Of a stretch of DNA of 64,000 nt, positions 12,441-23,500 are shown in pieces. Position numbers and translations under genes: made by a program. This stretch comes from Camelus dromedarius (Eukaryota). Position 1 is the first letter of the stretch. Each line of letters opens with the position of its first letter. Location of the stretch: contig NC_087436.1 in the NCBI RefSeq assembly GCF_036321535.1, forward strand, positions 105,154,001 through 105,218,000, given 5' to 3'. Under the pieces are notes generated by a model. That model searched no databases. It was not told where the DNA came from and saw only the letters and a list, made by a program, of their open reading frames with translations.

Positions 12441-13559
12441 ATCTGGGGTCAGATCATGTTTCGCATCCTAGCCCTATGGCTGACTAGTTTTGTGACTGGG
12501 ACAAATCGGACCTCTCTGAACTTTTCTTCCTTTTCTGTAAACTAAGGATAGCAATCCCTTTGTTGAACAGCTGTTCAGAGAACTACATGAAATAATGTTT
12601 CTGAAGCACATGACACACTTCTGCATAGGAGAAACTTGAAAAGTCAAATGCAGACAGAGACAGGGGACGGGAGTGGCACATGCAGGTAGAGACCTTTTGA
12701 TCACAACCAGCCTCAGGTCTGGCCTGGCCCCGCAATGTCTGTGACCCCGAGCACTTGGGATTCTCGTGGACAGCTTGGCAGATCCAGAGGTTCCCAGGTC
12801 CAGCTGGGTCAAGGCCCTCCTGGGTCTGCTAAGTAGCCAGCTGAAGTCTGGTCCATCTCCTAGGGGCCTGGGAAATGCCTGATTCCCCAAAGAGTCAGCT
12901 CCTGGACTGGGCAGCTCCCCCTGAGGAATGCTTCAGATGACCCAGCAGAGGACCCAGCACTGGAAGGCCCTGAACCGTGGCTCCACACCAGGGGAAGGAC
13001 TGATGCTTCCGCCCCTGCCCCTCCAAGCCCCGACCTGGGCCTCTGAGCAGGGGTCACTCAGGCCACTCTCCTGGGTGGCAGTGCTGGGCTGCCTCCTCTC
13101 CACACATGACTGTCTCCATGACCAGGACTGTGCTCAGGACAGGATCAGGCAGGAGAACCACCAGAAACACCTGCTTCCAGAGCCCGCAGGGAGAGCTGCC
13201 GAGTCCAGCTGTAAAAATCAAGTCAGAACTGACCTCCACCTCCGTTATAGGCTTTATTCTTACCTCCTGGATGTAAGTACTAACTCCGGCGGGTACATGA
13301 CTGGAGAACACTGCCCACACTCACAAGCTGGCTTTGCATTTTCATCCCACACCAGGTCCTCCATCATCCTGCATGTCTGCTTCCAGCTCCTCAGGGCAGT
13401 CAGTGTAGGGCTTAGGGGCCCGGCATCAGCCCACCTAGGTTCAAATCCCAGCCTCACTACTTACTAAATAACTGAAGGAAGTCATGGACCCCCCTCTTGG
13501 CCCTTCAAAGCCCTGTGAGCCTTAGACACACATGCAGCTTTTCTCTCCCATCACTGCAG

Positions 13560-14610
13560 TCACTTCAGTCTCCTCATTCACTGGTGACCTCAGCCCCCAA
13601 CTCAGGGTTCCTTTCTCCACCACTGTTGCCATCATCTTTCCTGGTGACTTTAACAGCCACACGGATAAGCCAGCCAACCCGGGCACTCAGTTCTTGATGT
13701 ACTGAGCTCAAGTGATTTTCTCCTTGCCGGACAGCAGCCACCACGGCCCCAGTGACCCTCGTCCTCACCGACTCCACCCTGTACCACGCACTGCAAGCGG
13801 CCCTCTCTGGCCACCACCTGTCTCTCCATCCTTCTGATTCTAAAACCCCCCAATCCTCCACTCTACCCCGCTGGCCCTGTCATTGTTTTACTATGTTCTC
13901 TAACCGCCTCACCTGTCTCTGCCTTGTTGCAATGGTTTGACAAAACCCCGATTTAGATTAAACCCATCACTCCACCCAACCCAGCCCAAGCCCTGAGCAT
14001 CAGGAGAAAACGATTCCATTAACTGGACTCACTTGGACTTTACAGCACAAATCTCCAGCAGACCCTCAATACTAACACCTCCTTGGCAAATTTACTTTCC
14101 CATTGGAGTTTGACAATTTCACCTCTCTCCTCTCTCTCTGCTGAGACCTTAACACCTATTTCCTGGGGAAAACTGTTGAACTGCCACAGTACCACCACCT
14201 GCCAACATCTGTGCCCACACTCTCCTGTGAGCAGAGGGGACGTCACGCTCCAACCCAAGGCCAACCTTCCTCTGGTCATTAGGTCTCAGCCTCTTGCCTT
14301 CTCAAGGGTTTCACACACATATCTCCCCCTCCCCCTTCTCTAGAATTCTCTAGAATGGTCAACGTCTTCCCCTCAGTGGGTAACTCCTGTGGATGTGTAA
14401 ATATATCTTCTGATCATCCACCTTTTTAAAGGAGGCCCTGATGCCGTCTCCCTCTGGCCACCACTCCATTCTTCTCCCCTCTTCAAGCAAAATTCTTCAA
14501 GAGTTGACTACCTCCGTGGTCTCCACTTCCTCACCTCACAGTTCTTTCACACCCACTCCAATAGGGCTCCGGCTGCCAACACTCCTCTGGAAACATTTCC
14601 TGTGTCACCA
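13560..14610 (+). mobile_element. Degenerate L2 LINE
   Basis: C/T-rich L2-like sequence (ctggtgactttaac, cttccctc runs). Confidence 0.5.
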
Positions 14611-16484
14611 CTTTTTTTTTTTAATACTAAAAATCACCTTTCTAATCCATCATCTCTCCTAAGTTAACAAAAATGAAGGCCTTAAAAATTATCTGCAGCC
14701 TGAAAACTGGAAATCTTGATTTGGAAATCAAGGCTGGTGTCTGGATAGAGGGGAGCTTGCAGATCTGTAACTGCTATTTCCAGTGGGTGCAGACATGGAC
14801 TGACAGTGATGGGTCTTCCACAGAGCAATGGTAACATGAGTGGCAGTCAGTTTGCAAATTTTGGAATATAGCCCATTTTGTGAACAAATTCAATACACTG
14901 TGATGTTGTTAAGATTTCAGGATAATTTATCATATTTCAAACCAAAGTCCACTTTGCTGTATGATATCTGGTAATCCAATCAAGTATTTTTTGAGCACCT
15001 ATCTCTTGAGTGTGACAGACACCATGCTTGGTGCTGCGTGTAGGGAGGTAGAGCAAAATGGGCATGATCTCTGACATTACAAGGTTTATAATTTAATCAG
15101 ATTATAAGCACCAAGTTAATACATAACAACAAATTGTGACAACTGACTGGAAGGGATCAGTAACAGAGACTCAAAATCATAGTAGGATCTCTAAGGAGAC
15201 ATTAAGCTGAGAAATTAAGAGTGAGTGAGAATTAACCTTGTGAAAGGGTTAGGAAAGGACAGCACTGGCAGAGCTCTGGGGGAGGAAACAATTCCATTCC
15301 TTCAAGAAATGGCAAGAAAGCCAATCTGAGCTGGTAGGGGAGAGCCCCGAGACGATACTGGGGAGAATAAGGAGGTTGAAGGTCATTTGAAATGCAACCA
15401 CCCCTGACTTGCAGTTTTTCAGAGATGATAGCCAATTCTCCACCACTCCTTTTCTCCATTTCCTGGCGGAGTTTGACATGGCTGACAGCTCCCGACTGGG
15501 CTCCCACTACGCCAGTCACCTGGGTCTCCTCCTGCCATGTGGGCTAATCTTTCCAAGTGTCCTTTGACGGCTCCTCCTCCAGCAGGGAGAAAATGGCACC
15601 CAGAACAGCCTCAGCCATTTACAGCCAGTCATATGGCTATAACCCTGCCACCTGGAGATCTTGATCTTACACCCCAGGAAAGCAAACCAAACCTCTCTTT
15701 TTATCCTTCATACGTCTTCCTGCAACAACTGGGCAGGACAAAATTAGTGGAAAGGTAAAAGGGAAGAAACGTGTTATCAATGTTAGGAAGTTTTGCAGCA
15801 TCACCTAAAATGTTGACAATCACTAGCATAGTTTAGAGCAGCCAGCCACACATCTAGCTGAACTCTTAATTTTATTATCTGAATAGTGGAAAATGTAATT
15901 TAGAGTAATAGTGTTCCTTCTGCATTAGGAATCAGGAATCCAGTCTTGGGGGCATATGAGAACACTGGAAGTTGGAGACAGGAGGCATAAACTACAAATT
16001 TATCTCGTTTTAACCTTTAAAACATCTATCAAGCCAGTAAACAGTGTCACTTAGTCACATCACAGAACAGTTTTATCATGAGCACAGAGGTAACCACACA
16101 GTACACTCCGTGTCTGGAGTCTGACTGCACACACTGAGGAAAGGCGACACTTACGAGCTGAAATGGACCAATTTGCACGGCCCACACAGACCCAAATCAG
16201 CATCTACTGCTTGGCTGAATGTCGCCCTCCTAGTGCTGAAAGGTGTCCTTAAGGGCTTCATTTCCACACATCACAGTGCAGAGAGAACTGGGGTACAAGT
16301 AGGCCCACCATCATCTAAACAGCCTTATGGAAGTGTGAGCACCTTGTAGGTGATATTCACCACCAGTTAGTTATCGTTAAAGAAAAAATACATCAATTTC
16401 CAGTGCATCTAAGGGAGTAGTTTTTAACCTAACAACTAAAAAATGATAAACAGCTAATTACTAAAAACTAGCTTCTGTGGAAAA

Positions 16485-16640
16485 TAATGGTTCTCAACCT
16501 CAGTGAACATAGGATCAGGTGAACTGGTTAAAAATGCAGGCCTGGACCCAATCTTCACCTTCTGATTGAGCGGGCCTGTGGTGGCCTCCCAAAATTTGCA
16601 TTTTTAATCACTGGCCCACGTGATTTTTGATGTGGCAGTG
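16485..16640. mobile_element. MER5A-like hAT-Charlie MITE
   Basis: tggttctcaacct...aaaatgcag...ttctgatt...tttgcatttttaa. Confidence 0.65.
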
Positions 16641-17060
16641 TGTGCTTTGTGGAAAATCCTATATCCTGTTCTAGTTCACCCAGAAAGTGAAAAACATTGA
16701 TTATCTACCATATCAACAATTCACTCCTTAGCACTAACCCTTTAACTACTGAGAATTTCTGATCTGAAAATTCTTCACAAGAGTTGAAATGCTACTTTCT
16801 GCCCTAATATTATTTAAATATTAATATCTTACTCTCACATTATAAGGTTTTTGTGATCTTGACTTAGTATGGTTCGAAGTACCATCTCCCTCTGGCTCAG
16901 TGAGAACTAAAGATGACATGAACCGTCAAAATGTAGAGTCTAATAAATGCAAAGAGTCACAATGTTAAGAGGTGCCAGAGAAACTGATTTGCTCCTGGTG
17001 AAACCAGGCAAACCATGATTTCAGGTATAGCACCCTCTAGAAGTATTTAGCACTCTGAAC

Positions 17061-18003
17061 GCAGAAGACCTACACAAGCAATTCTCCAAGGAAGACATAC
17101 AAATGATCAATAGGCACATGAAAAAGTGCTCAATATCACTAATTATCAGAAAAATGCAAATCAAAACTACAAGGAGGTGTCACCTCACACCAGCCAGAAT
17201 GGCCATCATTCAAAAGTCCACAATGACAAATGCTGGAGAGGCTGTGGAGAAAAGGGAACCCTCCTACACTGCTGGTGGGAATGCAGTTTGGTGCAGCCAC
17301 TGTGGAAAACAGTATGGAGATTCCTCAAAAGACTAGGAATAGACTTACCATATGACCCAGAAATCCCACTCCTAGGCATATATCCAGAAGGAACCCTACT
17401 TCAAAAAGACACCTGGACCCCAATGTTCATAGCAGTACTGTTTACAATAGCCAAGACATGGAGACAGCCTAAATGTCCATCGACAGATGACTGGATAAAG
17501 AAGAAGTGGTATATTTATACAATGGAATACTATTCAGCCATAAAAAACGACAACACAACACCATTTGCAGCAACATGGATGTCCCTGGAGAATGTCATTC
17601 TAAGTGAAGTAAGCCAGAAAGAGAAAGAAAAATACCGTATGAGATCGCTCATGTGTGGAATCTAAATAACAAAACAAAACAAAAACATAAATACAAAACA
17701 GAAACAGACTCATAGATACAGATACAAACTTGTGGTTGCCAAGCGGGAGAGGGGTGAGAAGGGACAGACTGGGAGTTCAAAATTTGTAGATACTGACAGG
17801 CATATGCAGAATAGATAAGCAAGATTATACTGTATAGCACAGGGAAATATATACAAGATCTTGTGGTAGCTCACAGTGAAAAAAATGTGACAATGAATAT
17901 ACATGTGTTCAAGTATAACTGAAAAATTGTGCTTTACACTGGAATTTGACACAACATTGTAAAATGACTATAACTCAATAAAAAAACGTTAAAAAAAAAA
18001 AAA
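17061..18003 (+). mobile_element. 5'-truncated LINE-1: ORF2 C-terminus, 3' UTR and poly(A)
   Basis: ORFs 17103..17336 and 17126..17665 encode L1 ORF2 C-terminal peptides including [18 protein letters not shown], split by a frameshift; AATAAA 17977-17982 then A-tail. Confidence 0.95.
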
Positions 18004-20199
18004 GAAAAATGTTTTAGCATTTTGTGAAGTACTTTACTTTGGAAAAAAAAAACTAACAAGGAAACAAAAATCTAGAAAGCCAGAGAATTAAAAAGACTAC
18101 TGTCACAGTCCATTAAGTCTGACCAAAAGAAAAAAAAAGCTATTTTAAACTTCTAAAATACCAACACAATTTATCCTAGAAAAGAGCAGCAGAGAACACT
18201 GAACTCAGAAGTGCTAGTCTCTATCAGGTGTCTCCTGTGTGCCAACCACGATGCTCTACAGTAGTGCCCTCGTTCAGCCCTCACACCTAGGACAGGTTCT
18301 CTCATCCCCACTGTACCAGGGTAGGGGTCCAGAGTTCCACACACAGCCAGTAACTGGTGGAGTCTTAATGGCCCAGCTTCCTCACGTCCCCACACTTTAC
18401 TTGTCATTCACTAAAGTCAAAACTCAAATTCAGTATCTGCTGCTAATTATACTAGTAATAAAGTGATAATCTATAATGATCAAATTGGTTCTAAATATTA
18501 AAGTTTCTAATGGTATGGAAATGATAGCATATATCTAAAAATACAATGATAAACAGGAAATTATTTGTTTTATACTTAGTAAAACTAAGGAGATATATGC
18601 AGGTATCAGTTTAAACGTTTTCATATTAATGTAATACAAACCCAGTTCCGACATACGTGATTTACCATATTACCCTAAAAGCATTACTAATTTAGCTCAG
18701 TGTTAAGCGATAGTTAGGGCATCAATAGAACTATTTCTGATCCCTGGTTCAAGATGAGGGCAGGGTCTCGGTGTCTCCGTTTCAATATATATCCCTATGC
18801 TGGAACCACAGGAAGCAAATGTTCACCTATCAAAAAATCTTTATAAATTTAATGAAGTCAATGAGAGAGATTACAGTCCAACAAAGCACTGGTTGCTTAC
18901 TGTGAAAATGCAATTCATTCCAAGAACAAGCTGTAATTATTTGTCCCTAAAATCCATCACAGTTATTTAAATGTTATGTAGTAAATCTGTGCAATGCACT
19001 CACCCTAATTTGCCCCACATACCTACCACCTATAAATTCTCTGAAATGTCATCTAACAGTTCACCTTTCTTGCTCACAAAAGTTAATTCAAGGCATTCTG
19101 CAACATGCTACAAACACTGATCAACCATCAATAAACATTTATGTAAACTGTATATGAATCGTATTTCAGGCCTGTTATGGGCAAGGCTGCAGGGTAGCAT
19201 GGCTGGTCTCCTGAAGTCCACAGTTCTAGACTCGAAGTTTATCCACACAACACTGGCTTCCCTTAAAAACCAAAAAAGATCAGACCAACTGAGGCACCTT
19301 CAGCATCTAAAGAGTGATATACCTAAAACCCAGTGTTACAGCTCCCTGTGTCTTTCCCTGTCTGTGTCTAACAAATGACAGCAATCCTGCAGTTACCCAC
19401 TTACCTGCGTATAGTATATCTTCCTGCCTAAAGATATTTAAAGCTTTAAAAAGTGATTCTCTCATTTATCAGTGAATTGATATTAGAAATTACATATAAA
19501 ATGGACACTCTTTGAAAGTCACATGACAGCACCACAATACTTTAGGAGTGAGCATGAGGAAGTCAACGGCAGCTCATCTGCACCAGTGCTAAATTATGTT
19601 TAGTTGATCATGAGTTGATTTCTCACGTTCCCAAGGAGTCAACCACACAGCCACCGTATGTCCCTGACCAACACTAACAGAGGAAAAAGACACTTCTAAA
19701 CACTGCTGACTCAAAGGATTCAGAGCTCAAATACAATTAACAATGAGAAAAGATAATCATACAGGTGTCAAGCAATATTCTTGCTATTTAAATTTTAAAG
19801 ATAGCATCCATCTTTTGGCTTATTTAGGATTACAGTAAATCAGTATAATTTATTTGGAAAACAAAATTTTCAAAGCATTCTAGAGATCTAAAATGAACTA
19901 GAAGGAGAAGATGGAAAATAGGAAGAAATGTTCTCTGCATTTAAAGAATACTAAATGCATCAAAAGTTCCCATGATGAATGACTATCTAACTATAATTTC
20001 TTCTTGATATAGGAATGATTCCTGATATCTATCTTTTGACAGAAAGACTGAACTTTTTCTTCATATTCAATTGATATTTTCTTTAAACACTAGTTCTGCA
20101 CACAGTATTTAAAAGAAGTTTTAGCAAAGAGAAAGTCTATCACAGTGGCTATCCCACTGAGAGAAGATGAAGCAGAATTTAAAAAAATAAAATTTGCGG

Positions 20200-20205
20200 T
20201 TTATT
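20200..20205 (-). terminator. ANAPC4 polyadenylation signal AATAAA (~100-nt 3' UTR)
   Basis: tttatt on +; followed on the minus strand by a U-rich tract (20181-20192). Confidence 0.75.
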
Positions 20206-20305
20206 TCTGCTTATTTCACAAAGAAAATTAAGTGATTCAACACATCTCAGTCCACCTCCTATGTCCTTTCTAACATAAGACATAACAAAGTAACAGCAAG
20301 CTAGA

Positions 20306-20533
20306 TCATGAGTCTAGCTCAGGGTCAACTTTCTCCACTTTAATGACCATCTCTGGAGCTAAAGCAGCAGTACCAGCTTGCTGGTTCTCTGCTTCGGACT
20401 CAGACAACACTTCTTCCTTTATTTTTACAGGCTTATTACCGGCCTCCTCCTCTTCATCTGAAGACTCATCAAGCTCCCATTCATCGTCTATGTCCATTTC
20501 AAATACTCTCACATGACGGAGGTTCGAGCTTAA
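20306..20533 (-). CDS. ANAPC4: ANAPC4 exon 29 coding part (228 nt), LSSNLRHVRVFEM...PELDS*
   Basis: ttag|TTA; TGA at 20308-20306; acidic C-terminal tail. Confidence 0.97.
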   Translation of the reverse strand, partial: LSSNLRHVRVFEMDIDDEWELDESSDEEEEAGNKPVKIKEEVLSESEAENQQAGTAALAPEMVIKVEKVDPELDS

Positions 20534-23500
20534 CTAAAGAAAAGGCCAAATAAAGAAACTTAAAAATGAGATAACTAATATAAAAAATTAGAAATCAGAA
20601 ATCAAAGCAAAGAGTGGGTTTAAGGAAAGTTACATTCCCATCAATTTACAACAGTCACTAAATCAGGCTTTCATTTTGTATAAAAGGATCTCCACATACA
20701 GTGACAATTACATGATTATTAAAATCTAAAACTATTATTAATTACTAAATAAGCTTTCTCAGAACAAGAGAACTATACAGCTAAGGCCACTACATGCTCA
20801 TGATCAATAAATGCTTTACATCACAAAATGTTTACACTGAGAGGAGCTTAGAGATCCTAAGTCACTTCCTTCTGTTACTCTTGGTAACAATCTGTAAATA
20901 CTTACCACACAGGACACTTTTCGAAAACCATTCCCAGCCACATACTGTGCTTTCATACTTTCCAGTAACCTCCAGTGCTTCTCGAAATGCATGGTACGTG
21001 TGGGAATAGCACTACACTGCTCATCTAGCCTAGAGAGGGAAGAAAACAAACCCAGGCGTGAAATGGGGCTCTGCTGCCCAGCTTCCTAGGGGTGGTATCA
21101 GGGTTTGATTTCTACCAATATTCCCACTTCCAACATAATCTACCAGCCACTCTATTAAAAAGCTGTGTCACTATATTCTATGAAAATATTGCAATTCCAA
21201 ATATCTTATTAAGGCAGGAAACTTACTTAGCTTTCTGAGCAAATGGACACATTTTAAATTAGAGAAGAGATCTCCTTACTTAAATCTCGATCTAAAGCCA
21301 TCTCTTGGAATTGACCATGTATCCTCCACATGGCTACCTAGGTCTTAATCCTAAAAGGAAAACACTAAAGGCAAATCTAAAATAATTCCACTACAAACTG
21401 AGATTAAAGCTACCCTTGAAAATAGAACAGAAGTTCCATTCTCCACTCCAAATAATTCCCCACCTTGCTCCAGCAAATAATTCTTCATTTACTAATAATA
21501 ATAAACAAAAGGACAGAAGAGCTGTTGAAGCCAGTAATTTTTCAGTTAAAAAATAGGAGTGTTTCTGTTCAGCTGACTTTATGATTATCCTTAGTAACCA
21601 TTATCTATCATACCTAAAGAACTAGAATATACAAGATACGTTAAAAAAAAAAAATTTAACTGTTCTACCAGAAAGACCGCCTTACGGAGTTAGTTACCTT
21701 GTAGAGTAAGTCCCAGTGAATTGATATTCTGCAGAATCTTCACTGTTATACACTAAAGACAATGGCAGCTGGACCAAGAGTCTGTCTCTTCCTTCACGTC
21801 CTACAGTGTCTTTAAGAACTACTGTTACAGTTTCATCATCATAAAACTGTGCATCTAAACAACTGTAGGTGCTAGAATTAAAATAACTTTTGTTATATCA
21901 AAGATGTTATCATGACTGAGAAAATACTGCATATGTAACATTATACTGATACCAGGCAGAGAAAACTGACAATAAAAATAGCAAGTGACAGTCTACATGG
22001 TAACATTTAAAATATATCATTAGTTTACACTGAAGTCACAGTTACCTGTTGTACTGATTATACACAAATATAACTAGGCCCTGAAAATAGGGAAACATGA
22101 AAAGAAAAAACATCTGTGAAGCTGGCTCACAGTTCCAGAACACCTGTGACCTCAATGGTCAGGACTTAAGCCTGTGGAAATTCCATGAATGACACCATAT
22201 ATATATTGAGTAAACAGAGTTAACTAGAATGAAAAGTAAAAATAAGATCTACATATGAAAAGACACAACAACTTCAAAGACACTATCATAAAAAACTTCC
22301 TTTATGTAGGGAAAAGAGTGAGAAAAAGGTCTGTCTAGGATTAGTGTCAGCTCTTTCCCCTGCAAAGCCTCAGGATAACAGAGGTATTGTTACCCTTTGT
22401 GCCCTAAGAAAACCCCACAGCAGTGAGAAGGACACCACCTCACATCTCTGTTGGTCATAATGACACCATCAGCCATCTGCCCCCTGGAATTACATTACTG
22501 TCTTAGCAGACAGAGAGCTCAGAAGTATTAATTATGGGAAATCACACTACTTAAATTCCTGCAGGGCAGTAAGGTTCTATTCAACTGTAAGTCAAATCAT
22601 CCTCTAAGTAACCAACCCAGCCCCACATGGCGCAAGTGACAAAGGCCTTCTAAGAATATCATCACTGTAACTGAGGCTAACCATATTCCTGTAATTGTAT
22701 TTACTATATATACATCTCATCCAAACAAGATTCAAGCTTTACCTTCTCATATGAAAATGAATATATGTATGTATATGTATGACTGAAACATTATGCTGTA
22801 CACGAGAAATTGACACATTGTAAACTGACTATACCTCAATTAAAAAAAAAAAAAAAAAAGATTTACCTTCTTCTTACTTTTTCAGTTGTGGCGTATGTGA
22901 AGCTCCCAAATTTAATAGCAATAAGTCCATTACTTACAGATCTTGAAGAAAGAAGAGGGGGAAAAAAGAGACTTTGTGGATCAACTTGGATAGGGAATAA
23001 TCTAAATATGCTTGAAAGAACATGGTGGTCAGTGATGTACATTTCCCTAATCACCAAATCCCAGGCCAAAATACCATTACACTCACTCCAGAATTCTGAT
23101 AATTAATTTAAACCCCTGATGGATAAACCTAGTATCAAAATTACAAATTGGTTTAAAATCTTAGTCACCAAAGTAGCAAGATACCTTACAAAATGAGGAT
23201 GTCTGGGACAACCAAATTATTTCTCTTTGGCTACACCTTGGTATCAAAAATTTCCTTCAAATTTAGATGTAAAAGTATTTAAGATACTAGTAACATTATG
23301 AATATGATTCATCCTTAAGAATTTTTATTTGGATTCTCAAAAAAAGTCTCTATCGGCCAGGCCTCTTTCTTAATGAAAGGCATACTTAACCTGAGGTAAA
23401 AACTCTCTCTGTAAGGAACCCAAAATGCAGTTTTGAACTTCCACAAATTCATGAGATACAATCCTGAGTTTTTGCTGTTATATTTTTCCTAACTCTAAAA

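Noticed and set aside
94..14662. Many 60-195 aa ORFs in the GC-rich left part
   Set aside because: Overlapping on both strands, low-complexity or repeat-derived, with no recognisable domains or coherent splice structure
17126..17665. 179-aa ORF with a zinc-knuckle motif
   Set aside because: Frameshifted LINE-1 ORF2 remnant, not a cellular gene
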